A DNA stretch of 64,000 nt, taken from assembly GCA_965601925.1 (NCBI GenBank), contig OZ271854.1, forward strand, positions 2,720,001-2,784,000, in the 5' to 3' direction. Origin of the DNA: Alkalispirochaeta sp. (GTDB lineage: Bacteria; Spirochaetota; Spirochaetia; DSM-27196; Alkalispirochaetaceae). The number at the start of each line of letters is the position of its first letter. Within the stretch, counting starts at the first letter, position 1. Under the pieces are notes generated by a model. The model saw only the letters and a program-made list of their open reading frames with translations, ran no database searches and had not been told where the DNA came from. The position numbers and the translations under genes were made by a program. Of the stretch, positions 9,176 to 17,981 are shown piece after piece.

Positions 9176-9176
9176 G

Positions 9177-10211
9177 GTGCCCATCGATATGGCGGTGCAG
9201 GATCGTATCCGACGCACGAATCTATCTCGCATTCTCCACCTACTGCGGCGCTTCGGATCCGCGTCACAGGCGGAACTCGCCCTACGTACCGGACTACAAC
9301 CTTCGACCGTCTCGAATCTGGTACGCGAGTTGCGTCTCGGAGAGTACGTGGTCAGCCTGGGGCGCGGCGCATCGAGCGACCAAGGCGGTAAGCGTCCGAC
9401 GCTACTCGCCCTGAACGGGAAGCGCGGCGTCTATATCGGTCTGCTATGGGAGGCGGGCGTCGTCGCGTGGACGATAGTGGATCTTTCGGGCGGCATTGGT
9501 GCTTTGACGAGAGGGGCGGTGCGACACGAGACGCTCGACCCTTCACAGTCACGGACGCCCGAGGAGGTTCTCGCCGAGCTTGCCGGTAGCGCCGCGAATG
9601 ATCTCGGCGGCAGTGTACCGATTCTGGGAGTCGGGCTCGCCGTCGGGAGTGTCGTCGACCGCCACGGCGCGATTCGGCCTTCGGCGGACTTTTCGTGGGC
9701 TCTTCGGGAACCGGCCGCCGAGCTGAAGCGCCTCTTTGCCGTGGACGACTCGGTGCCGATAACCGTCGAGAATGATGCGAATTGTGTCGCCCTCTCGGCG
9801 GTCCGACGTCGAATTGGGTACGAAGACGGCTCGACGCCCGAGTCGCTGTTGGCGGTGCTCATTACCGATGCCCCGTTGTCGGCCGGGGTCGGGTTACTCA
9901 TCGATGATGAGCTCATTCGCGGGCGTACCGGGAGCTCGGGCGAACTCTTACCGGCGGGCCACGACCATGCGACGGACGATGTCGACCGGGCGCTCGCGGC
10001 GGCGCTGCGCCTCATCGATCCCGACGAGGTCGTTCTGGCGCGACCGGCGACGATATCCCTTTCTCAGCTGTCGCGCTCGCGCGTTGCGCTCGGCGATACG
10101 CCGTTGTACGAGGTCGATCCGGTGGACTCCATTCTCGACGGCGCCGTTGAGCTCGCCTTTCGAGCAAGCGTTCGTCATATCGTACAGGGAGATTTCACGC
10201 ATGCACGGTAA
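9177..10211 (+). CDS. ROK-family transcriptional regulator
   Basis: N-terminal HTH SQAELALRTGLQPSTVSNLV, linker GGKRP, ROK motifs VENDANC and G.SGE. Confidence 0.9.
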   Translation: MPIDMAVQDRIRRTNLSRILHLLRRFGSASQAELALRTGLQPSTVSNLVRELRLGEYVVSLGRGASSDQGGKRPTLLALNGKRGVYIGLLWEAGVVAWTIVDLSGGIGALTRGAVRHETLDPSQSRTPEEVLAELAGSAANDLGGSVPILGVGLAVGSVVDRHGAIRPSADFSWALREPAAELKRLFAVDDSVPITVENDANCVALSAVRRRIGYEDGSTPESLLAVLITDAPLSAGVGLLIDDELIRGRTGSSGELLPAGHDHATDDVDRALAAALRLIDPDEVVLARPATISLSQLSRSRVALGDTPLYEVDPVDSILDGAVELAFRASVRHIVQGDFTHAR

Positions 10212-11439
10212 TATCTTGGTCGGTCAATCCGGTGGACCCACGGCGGTGATCAACGCCAGTTTGGCGGGCGTGCTGCGGGCGGCGCGGACGGCGGGGTTCG
10301 GTGATGGTGACGGTTCGATCTACGGTATGCGCTTTGCGATCGAGGGGTTTTTGGAGGATCGCCTCCTCGATCTGGGAACGCTCTCACCCAACGACATCGA
10401 GCGGTTGCGCACAACTCCGGGTTCGGCCCTCGGCTCGTGCCGCTACAAGCTTGCCGATAAGGACCTTCCCCGGATTAAGGAGCGCTTGGAGCGTTGGAAC
10501 GTTCGCTATCTATTTTACATCGGCGGCAACGACACGATGGATACGATTCATAGGATCGTTGCGTACTGCGATCGGACCGGCTACACGCTGCAGGGTATCG
10601 GGATTCCCAAAACGGTGGACAACGACCTGTTTGCGACCGATCACACGCCCGGCTATCCGTCGGCGGCGCGATACGTCGTGCTGTCCGTGCAACAGGCCGG
10701 TCGGCTTGCGGCGGACATGCAACGCGTCGATCGCTTTGTAATCCATCAAACGGTCGGGCGCGACGCGGGGTGGCTCGCGGCCGCATCCGCAGTCGCGCGG
10801 CGAGCCCCCGACGAGGCGCCGCATCTCATCTACGTCCCCGAACGGCCCCTTACTCGCGAGGGGGTGCTTGCCGACGTGGAGCGGACGATCTCGGAGTACG
10901 GGTGGGCGTCAATCGTGGTCGGCGAGGGGATCGTCTGGGAGGACGGGACGCCCGTCTCCGCCGCCGCGTCAAGGGATCGATTCGACAACGTCGAGTTCGG
11001 CGCCATGAGCGGTTCGAGCGCGGCGGTCGGCCTCCACCGCCTGATATCCGAGAAGACCGGATATCGCGGTGAGTTTCAGATCCCCGAATCCATGGCAATG
11101 GCCGCCGCCGACCGCGTCGTGGAACTCGACCGAATGGAGGCGTACGGTTGCGGCGTCGAGGCCGTGTCTCGTGCCATGCGCGGAGAAAACAACGTGATGG
11201 TTACCATAGAGCGCGCGGAGTCCCGGCCGTATCGCGTGCGCTACGGCGCGGCCCCGCTCTCCGACGTCGCGGCCCGCGCCAAACCGATGCCCTCGGACAT
11301 GCTCGCCCCGGCGTGGGTGAGCGATCGATTTCTCGCCTATGTGCGACCCCTTATCGGACCACTCGATCGATACATCGATCTCGGCGCCCTTGCGCCGGCG
11401 GCGGTCGAGCGAGCGGCGGGACGAAGCGACGGAATATAA
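10201..11439 (+). CDS. pfp: PPi-dependent phosphofructokinase (PfkA family)
   Basis: QSGGPTAVIN, GGNDT and PKTVDND carry the Asp/Lys signature of PPi-dependent enzymes. Start at ATG 10201; the ORF-track extension from 9772 overlaps the ROK gene. Confidence 0.85.
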   Translation: MHGNILVGQSGGPTAVINASLAGVLRAARTAGFGDGDGSIYGMRFAIEGFLEDRLLDLGTLSPNDIERLRTTPGSALGSCRYKLADKDLPRIKERLERWNVRYLFYIGGNDTMDTIHRIVAYCDRTGYTLQGIGIPKTVDNDLFATDHTPGYPSAARYVVLSVQQAGRLAADMQRVDRFVIHQTVGRDAGWLAAASAVARRAPDEAPHLIYVPERPLTREGVLADVERTISEYGWASIVVGEGIVWEDGTPVSAAASRDRFDNVEFGAMSGSSAAVGLHRLISEKTGYRGEFQIPESMAMAAADRVVELDRMEAYGCGVEAVSRAMRGENNVMVTIERAESRPYRVRYGAAPLSDVAARAKPMPSDMLAPAWVSDRFLAYVRPLIGPLDRYIDLGALAPAAVERAAGRSDGI

Positions 11440-11451
11440 AGGAGCGCGAAG

Positions 11452-12462
11452 ATGAATACGCAGGATCGATACGGACGATTTGCGCTGTGTCGCGAGATGT
11501 TGGAGACGGTCGAAGTAGTGCGGCGATTCGACGCCAAGCGGATAGGGCGGACCGAGCTCGCCTCCGATACGGTCCTTCTCACCGGCGAAGGATCAAGCCG
11601 TATTTTTCCCGCCAAGCGTGCGATCGCCCACTCCTTACGAGAAGGGTGGCCGCAACAGATCGTGACCGAAAGCGCAACCCAGGCGTTGGAGTACGATTTG
11701 TCCGGATATCACGTGTTCATAGCCTCCAACTCGGGAAAGACCGCCGAAGGAGTGCATCTCATACGCGCGCTTCGTCGCGAGGGGGCGAAACCCATCGCCG
11801 CTATGACCGGTGTGGTCGCCCACGGTGGTACGCCGATCGCGGAAGAGGCGGACGACGCACTCGTCCTGGATTGCGGCGGCGAAGACGCCGTCGCGGCGAC
11901 CAAGTCGGTGGTGGAGCAAGCGCTCGTATACGATACGCTGTTCAGAGCCGCCAACGGGAGCCCGGGCGTCGATCGCGACGAACTCGCCGACGCGCTGCAC
12001 GCGGCACTGACGATGGATTTGAATACCGACCTCGTGAGGCGGATTGCTTCGTCCCCCGTACTCTATTTTTCGGGGCGTAACGACGGGGTGGCCGAGGAGC
12101 TTACACTCAAGACGAATGAGATCACACGCAAACGGTCGGATTTCCTCGAAGGAACGTACGCCGTGCACGGGATCGAGGAGGTCATGCAGCGTGACGAGAC
12201 GGTAATCGTCATCGATCCGTTTCCGCACCAGGAGGAGAAGTTTGCGTCGGTTCTCAAAGAGGGCGTCGGGATGAATGTGGTGGCCATCGGTCCGCGGGAG
12301 ACGATATTCCCCACCATCACCGTGCCCGACGCCGGGACGCTCTTGCCGTATGTGCTGCTTGCCGCCGGATGGAATCTGTTGGTCGAGGTCGGACTTTCTC
12401 TCACCATCGACCTGGATACTCCCCAGCGGGCGCGCAAGGTAGGTAACGAGTTTGTCGGGTGA
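11452..12462 (+). CDS. Double-SIS-domain protein, GlmS isomerase-like without glutaminase domain (putative sugar-amine-6-P deaminase)
   Basis: GEGSS, SNSGKT, VAATKS, ELTLKTNE, and C-terminal DTPQRARKV like the GlmS C-tail. AAGGAG SD. Confidence 0.8.
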   Translation: MNTQDRYGRFALCREMLETVEVVRRFDAKRIGRTELASDTVLLTGEGSSRIFPAKRAIAHSLREGWPQQIVTESATQALEYDLSGYHVFIASNSGKTAEGVHLIRALRREGAKPIAAMTGVVAHGGTPIAEEADDALVLDCGGEDAVAATKSVVEQALVYDTLFRAANGSPGVDRDELADALHAALTMDLNTDLVRRIASSPVLYFSGRNDGVAEELTLKTNEITRKRSDFLEGTYAVHGIEEVMQRDETVIVIDPFPHQEEKFASVLKEGVGMNVVAIGPRETIFPTITVPDAGTLLPYVLLAAGWNLLVEVGLSLTIDLDTPQRARKVGNEFVG

Positions 12463-12478
12463 CCGAAAGGAGCGATGA

Positions 12479-13327
12479 GTGACGACCTACCAGCTTTCCC
12501 GACGGCTCACAACCGGAGAGATACGTCGCGGTTTGTTTCCCGATGTGCTGCCGGAGTACAGCCCCGGCGAGCGATGGCTCCTATTGAGTCCCCACGACGA
12601 CGATCTTGCGATCGCCGGCGGACTATCCATCGCCGTGGCCGACGTCGAGGGTGTCGAGATGCGCGCCAGAATCGTTACCGACGGCGCAATGGGGTACACA
12701 TCGGTCGTCGGCGCCGATCGGATATGCGTCGTGCGACGAGAGGAGACCGCAGCGTGCTTTTCGATCCTCGGTATCGACGACTACGACTGGTACGACTATC
12801 CCGACGCGGGACTCGCTCCGTGGCAGGGGCGTAAAAAGGTATCGGACGGGGCGGCCTCGCCGCATACCGTCGCCGGATATACGGGGCTTCAGAACAGCAT
12901 TGTCGCCGAGCTGCGCGCGTGGCGTCCCCACCGCATGATCCTGTTGTCGCCCCAAGATTATCACCCGGATCACAAGATGGTGCATCAGGAGGCGCTGATC
13001 TCCATGTTTCACGCGCGCGGCGACATCTGGCCCGAGCTGGGTCCCCCGCTGGAGGCCGATCCGATCGTTCACGAGATAGCCGCGTACAGTCCCTTCGTCG
13101 CACCTCCGGACTTGGAGCTCCGGTGCCGAGAAGATCTGTTCCGTCGCAAGCTCGACGCCATCGCGGCGTACGCCTCGCAACGGCAAATAGCGCGGTTGGT
13201 CGAGTCCGTTCGCGCCGCCGGTCCGGTAGAGTACCTACGCACCATGCCGTTCGAGTTTTACCACGCCGCGGCCTACGCCGGATACTTTCGCCCCGGACCC
13301 TCCGGCGACGGCGCAATCGATGTTTAA
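12479..13327 (+). CDS. PIG-L/LmbE-family deacetylase
   Basis: SPHDDD, TDG, RREE, HPDH and AYASQ motifs. Confidence 0.85.
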   Translation: MTTYQLSRRLTTGEIRRGLFPDVLPEYSPGERWLLLSPHDDDLAIAGGLSIAVADVEGVEMRARIVTDGAMGYTSVVGADRICVVRREETAACFSILGIDDYDWYDYPDAGLAPWQGRKKVSDGAASPHTVAGYTGLQNSIVAELRAWRPHRMILLSPQDYHPDHKMVHQEALISMFHARGDIWPELGPPLEADPIVHEIAAYSPFVAPPDLELRCREDLFRRKLDAIAAYASQRQIARLVESVRAAGPVEYLRTMPFEFYHAAAYAGYFRPGPSGDGAIDV

Positions 13328-14333
13328 CGAGCGTCTCTTTACGCTCCGCCACCCTGCGGGCTCGACGGCTCTCATCGACGCTCGCTGCGGCGGTACGGTG
13401 CATCGCGTATCCCTCATTCCGGCTCCGGAGAGCGTTTCACAGACCGATCGGGCCGAGGATCGAGAGAACCCTTCGGCGGAGGCTATCCTCAAAGGCGACG
13501 ATCCGATCGTCGCGGACGGTCAAACGGAGTGCGATCCCGGCCTCTTTCGCGGCAGGATACTGGCGCCCTTCAACGATCGCGTCGCCGACGGAGTCTACCG
13601 ATGGCGAGGCAGACAGTTCAAGCTTCCGACCAATGATCTCGATACGGCCGACGCCATTCACGGATTTCTGTATCGTACCGAGCTCCACCGATCGGCCATA
13701 CCGGCGCCGGGCGGCGGGAGGCGGGCGAACGGGGCGACACTGGAGTTGTGCGGCGCATTGCCGGCCGACGGGCCGGATGGCGGCGGCTATCCCTTCCTCC
13801 TCGCCGTATCGATCATATACGTTCTTCGGGCGAGCGAGTTTGAGATCACCGTGCGGCTTACCAACCTCGGAGAAGACGAGGCCCCGGTCTCCATGGGGTG
13901 GCACCCGTACATCCTCCTCGCCGCGGTGGATTATGCGCCCGACGAGTATCGCTTAACGGTGCCTGCGGAGCGTTTCATCGAGGTCGACGAGCGTCTTCTT
14001 CCCACCGGCCGGACACCGACGGTCGCCGGTACGACGTTCGATTTCCGGTCACCGACTACGATAGGCGGTCGTGCCCTCGACGTGGGGTTTCCTCTCGTCG
14101 GCGACCGTCCTACCGTCTCGCTGGCGGCGGGAGACAGGATCGTACACGTGACGATGGAAGACGCCTTTCGTATGGCTCAGATTTTCGTGCCCGACGACCG
14201 CGACTCGGTCGCGATAGAGCCCGTCTCCGCTCCGGCCGACGTCTTCAATCGTCCGGAACTCGGCGTTATCGCACTGGCCGCCGGAGAGAGCGTTCGTGGG
14301 AACGCACTGGTGCGCTACGTGCGGCGCCGTTGA
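13320..14333 (+). CDS. Aldose 1-epimerase (mutarotase) family protein
   Basis: LAPFNDRV, AIHGF, GWHPY and AIEP motifs. Confidence 0.85.
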   Translation: MFNERLFTLRHPAGSTALIDARCGGTVHRVSLIPAPESVSQTDRAEDRENPSAEAILKGDDPIVADGQTECDPGLFRGRILAPFNDRVADGVYRWRGRQFKLPTNDLDTADAIHGFLYRTELHRSAIPAPGGGRRANGATLELCGALPADGPDGGGYPFLLAVSIIYVLRASEFEITVRLTNLGEDEAPVSMGWHPYILLAAVDYAPDEYRLTVPAERFIEVDERLLPTGRTPTVAGTTFDFRSPTTIGGRALDVGFPLVGDRPTVSLAAGDRIVHVTMEDAFRMAQIFVPDDRDSVAIEPVSAPADVFNRPELGVIALAAGESVRGNALVRYVRRR

Positions 14334-14403
14334 TTCCTATCGTTCGGTATCGTCCGCGCTGCGGGAGCCGATTGCCGCAGCGGTGAGTTGCAGGGCGTGC
14401 GCG

Positions 14404-15069
14404 TTACAGCTCCTTGTGGATGATCTCCCACTCCCACATGGTGCGATCTTGGCGATGGAGCGTTAGATAGTGTTCGGCAATTGCCGCCCCGTCGTAGTCT
14501 GAGTCCGGCGTGACCGGGCGGGTGATCGTTACCGTCCCGGCGTGGATGCCCTCATCGCGGAGCTCCATGTAAAGATTCTGTACCCAGTTGCGAAGTGCCG
14601 CCTTGCCGACCGAATGCGAAGCCGCGAATTGTGCGGGAAGGATTCCAAATCCGCCGCCGGTATACAGGAGCGTACCGCTCCCGCGTCGACGCATCCCCGC
14701 CAGTACCGCCTCGGTCGCGTAGAGCGCGCCGAAGAACATCGCCGGTAACGTCCGCTCCATCTCCTCCGAACCCAGTTCGCTCGGCGGCGTCTTTACCATA
14801 GTCGCGATGTTGTAGATAAGCACGTCCGGCGTTCCCATCGTCCGTTCGAGAGTCGCAAATCGATCCAACACGTCCTCACGGATCGTCGCGTCGACGCGTA
14901 GCGTCTCGACACGAGCCGATCCGAGGCGTCGCGCCTCGTCGGCGACCGCGTCCACCGTCTGGGTGGAGCGCGAGAAGAGGGCGAGGTCGAATCCCGCGCC
15001 GGCGAAGGTCCGCGCGATGTGACTGCCCATAGTGGGGCCGCATCCGACGATTGCGCATAATTGAGCCAT
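14404..15069 (-). CDS. SDR-family oxidoreductase
   Basis: Rossmann motif IVGCGPTMG, DVLIYN, TGGG, and HSVGKAAL in place of YxxxK. Confidence 0.85.
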   Translation of the reverse strand: MAQLCAIVGCGPTMGSHIARTFAGAGFDLALFSRSTQTVDAVADEARRLGSARVETLRVDATIREDVLDRFATLERTMGTPDVLIYNIATMVKTPPSELGSEEMERTLPAMFFGALYATEAVLAGMRRRGSGTLLYTGGGFGILPAQFAASHSVGKAALRNWVQNLYMELRDEGIHAGTVTITRPVTPDSDYDGAAIAEHYLTLHRQDRTMWEWEIIHKEL

Positions 15070-15129
15070 GACGGAATTGTACCAAGGAGGCGGCACCTTG
15101 TCCTCCTGCCGGTGCGACGATAGACTTAT

Positions 15130-15900
15130 GTGATCGTGGCAACGTTGGAACTCGAACCCCTCCAGATAGTCATTCTCTTGGGCGCGGGCGCGGCGGCGGG
15201 ATTCATCAATACTCTGGCCGGCGGCGGCTCGCTTCTTACCATTCCCGCATTACTCTTTGCCGGCATTCCTTCGACGGTCGCCAACGCCACAAACCGTGTA
15301 GCGGTAGTGATGCAAAGCGCCGTCGCCGCCGCTCAGTTTCGACGGCAAAACGTATTTGAGCTTCGCGAATCGCTCCCGATGCTTCTTCCCGCATTCGCCG
15401 GCTCGATCATCGGAGCCTTTATCGCCGCCGAGATCGACCCCGCCGTGTTCGATGTCGTCCTGGCGGTCGTGCTGGTGCTCATGCTCGCGACACTCTTTTT
15501 TCGGCCCGCCGATATCGCCGCCTCCGCGGCCCGCCGTTCACCTCCCCGGTGGCTCGTGATTCCGGCGTTTTTCGTCATCGGATTGTACGGCGGGTTCGTC
15601 CAAGCTGGGGTCGGCTTTCTGCTCATTCTGGGAATCAACCTCCTGTTCGGGTTCGATTTAGTCAAAACCAACGCCCTCAAGGTGCTCATCGTGGCGCTGT
15701 ACTCGCTCTTCGCCCTGGCGATCTTCGCGATATACGGACAGATTTTGTGGCTCCACGGCGTTGTCCTCGGTGTGGGAAACGTCGTCGGGGCGCTCGTGGG
15801 AGTGCGGTTGGCCGTCAAACGGGGTGCCGCCGCGGTCCGGTGGGTCATCGTCGCTGCGGTCGCCCTCACGGTGCTAAAGCTCTTCGGCGTCATCGGATAG
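15130..15900 (+). CDS. TauE/SafE-family membrane protein (sulfite exporter-like)
   Basis: AGFINTLAGGGSL, ANATN and GLYGGFVQAGVG; about 8 hydrophobic helices. Confidence 0.9.
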   Translation: MIVATLELEPLQIVILLGAGAAAGFINTLAGGGSLLTIPALLFAGIPSTVANATNRVAVVMQSAVAAAQFRRQNVFELRESLPMLLPAFAGSIIGAFIAAEIDPAVFDVVLAVVLVLMLATLFFRPADIAASAARRSPPRWLVIPAFFVIGLYGGFVQAGVGFLLILGINLLFGFDLVKTNALKVLIVALYSLFALAIFAIYGQILWLHGVVLGVGNVVGALVGVRLAVKRGAAAVRWVIVAAVALTVLKLFGVIG

Positions 15901-15950
15901 TGCTTTTGAAATACAGTTGCAGTTCGCTGAAAATGGGTTGCAATTTTTTG

Positions 15951-15978
15951 TTGACAACCGGCTGATATAGCATACCAT
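15951..15978 (+). promoter_or_regulatory. Sigma70 promoter of the PTS operon
   Basis: TTGACA (15951-15956), 16 bp, TACCAT (15973-15978). AGGAGG SD downstream. Confidence 0.55.
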
Positions 15979-15996
15979 TGTGTGCAGGAGGCACAC

Positions 15997-17382
15997 ATGG
16001 CTGCAATACAAGGTATCGTCCAGTTTTTTCTGGACCTCGGCGCTAGCGTGTTTTTGCCGGTGGTCATCTTCATCCTGGCGGTCGCATTCGGCGCCAAACC
16101 GGGAAAGGCCACTCGCAGCGCGCTCATGGTCGGCGTCGGCTTTATCGGTATCGGGTTGGTGCTGGGGGTACTCTTTGACAACCTCGGACCCGCCGCTCAG
16201 GCGATGGTCGAACGGTTCGGCATTGAGTTGAGCATCATCGACGTAGGGTGGCCCGCCTCCGCGGCGATCGCCTTCGGGTCGGACATCGCGGCGTTGATCA
16301 TACCGACGGGGATTCTTCTGAACGTCGTGCTGCTTCTCGCCAAGATCACCAAGACGATCAATATCGATATCTGGAACTTTTGGCACTTTGCCTTTGTCGG
16401 CGCCATGGTGCAGGCGATAACCGGCAACATCTGGCTGGGACTCATCTCGGCGATGATCTTTGCCTCGGTCATGCTCTTTTTTGCCGACTGGACCGCGCCG
16501 GCGGTACAGAAGCTCATGGGGATGCCGGGCATCTCGCTGCCTCACGGGTTTTCCACGGTCTTCGTCGTTCCGGCGATGATCGTCAACAAGATCATCGATG
16601 TGATTCCGGGTCTCAACTCGGTAGAGGCCGATCCCGACGCCATTAAGAAACGTTTCGGTGTCTTCGGCGAGCCGGTTCTGCAGGGCGTGGTAATCGGTGG
16701 GGTCATCGCCCTCATCGCCTATGCCGGCAACGGACCGTTCACGAGTTGGATTACGCAAGTTCTGCAGGTCGCCGTCGCGCTCGCCGCAGTCATGGTGCTC
16801 ATGCCGCGTATGGTGGCGCTCCTTATGGAGGGTCTGATACCTCTCTCCGAGGCGGCGCGGGAGTTTCTGCAAAAGCGCGCCGGAGATCGTGAAATCTACA
16901 TCGGTCTCGACTCGGCGATCGCGATCGGGCACCCGACCTCCATCGCGACGTCGCTCGTCATGGTTCCGATTACGCTGCTCTTGGCCGTGATCCTACCGGG
17001 TAATCGTGTCCTGCCGTTCGGCGACTTGGCAACAATTCCCTTTATGGTGGCCATGATGGTGCCTATCGTGCGCGGCAACGTCGTCCGTGCGACCATTACC
17101 AGCACCGTCGTAATGATTCCCACTCTCTACATTATGAACGGGATCGCCGGCGTACATAGTCAAGTGGCGCGTATGGCGAACTTTGAGTTTCCCGAGGGAG
17201 CGACGCTGATTACCAGTATGGTCGACGGCGGGAATTGGCTTGCCGGACTCTTCACGTGGGCCGCCAATAGCTTCTGGCTCGGTAACGGGCTCATTCTCGC
17301 GGCGCTGATCGTCTTTTGGGTGATGTTCAAGAAGAACACCGCCGCCTGGCACAAAATCGCCGGACTCAACGAAGACGAGTAG
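15997..17382 (+). CDS. gatC: PTS galactitol-family IIC component
   Basis: IDVGWP, INIDIWNFWH, LMPRMV..LMEGL, IGLDSA and PGNRVLPFGDLA are GatC signatures. Confidence 0.9.
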   Translation: MAAIQGIVQFFLDLGASVFLPVVIFILAVAFGAKPGKATRSALMVGVGFIGIGLVLGVLFDNLGPAAQAMVERFGIELSIIDVGWPASAAIAFGSDIAALIIPTGILLNVVLLLAKITKTINIDIWNFWHFAFVGAMVQAITGNIWLGLISAMIFASVMLFFADWTAPAVQKLMGMPGISLPHGFSTVFVVPAMIVNKIIDVIPGLNSVEADPDAIKKRFGVFGEPVLQGVVIGGVIALIAYAGNGPFTSWITQVLQVAVALAAVMVLMPRMVALLMEGLIPLSEAAREFLQKRAGDREIYIGLDSAIAIGHPTSIATSLVMVPITLLLAVILPGNRVLPFGDLATIPFMVAMMVPIVRGNVVRATITSTVVMIPTLYIMNGIAGVHSQVARMANFEFPEGATLITSMVDGGNWLAGLFTWAANSFWLGNGLILAALIVFWVMFKKNTAAWHKIAGLNEDE

Positions 17383-17415
17383 GTCGGTCGCATCGGATTC
17401 GGAATCGAATGCCAT

Positions 17416-17444
17416 GGAGCGCCTCTCGTTTGCCGAGGCGCTCC
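17416..17444 (+). other. Intergenic GC-rich hairpin between gatC and IIA
   Basis: GGAGCGCCTC-N9-GAGGCGCTCC: perfect 10-bp stem with no U-tract. Confidence 0.5.
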
Positions 17445-17485
17445 GTATTCGATCTCACGGAATGAGACTATCGTAAGGAGTATGC

Positions 17486-17977
17486 ATGAGCGCTACAGCC
17501 CTGCAGTTTAGCGACTTGGTACAGCCCGGATTTGTCCTCGATAATCTGCAGGCCGATTCCCGAGACGACGCGTTGACTAAAATGGCGCGTCTGCTCGTCG
17601 AGCGTAACCATTGCGAAAAGAGTTTCCCGGACGCGATTCTCGAGCGGGAGCGTATCCATCCATCGGGACTGCCCATGCCGGGACACAAAATCGCCATTCC
17701 TCATACCGACTCGCACCACGTCAGGCGGTCGATCATTCTGTTTGCGCGGCTCGCCCGGCCGGTCGAGTTTCGCTCCATGGGCAACCCCGACGAGACGATA
17801 TCGGTTCAGATGATCTCCATGTTCGCCCTGAAGGAGAAAAAACTTATCGGCGACATGCTGGAGACGCTGATTACGGTGTACCAGCACGACGAGATTCTCG
17901 ACGCGATCCTCAAAGCGGCCGACGCGGAGCGCATTTTCTCGATCTTACGTAAGGCGGTAGAGACCTTTGGGAAGTGA
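17486..17977 (+). CDS. PTS IIA component (Fru/Mtl/Gat-type)
   Basis: ILERERIHPSGL and IAIPHT (phospho-His); AAGGAG SD. Confidence 0.9.
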   Translation: MSATALQFSDLVQPGFVLDNLQADSRDDALTKMARLLVERNHCEKSFPDAILERERIHPSGLPMPGHKIAIPHTDSHHVRRSIILFARLARPVEFRSMGNPDETISVQMISMFALKEKKLIGDMLETLITVYQHDEILDAILKAADAERIFSILRKAVETFGK

Positions 17978-17981
17978 CACG

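Noticed and set aside
9772..10200. N-terminal extensions in the ORF track for PFK (also crtI from 40409, the chemoreceptor-like gene from 60582, and ORFs starting at 51351 and 52234)
   Set aside because: The extensions overlap neighbouring genes and are low-complexity; family motifs and SD or -10 signals point to later starts.
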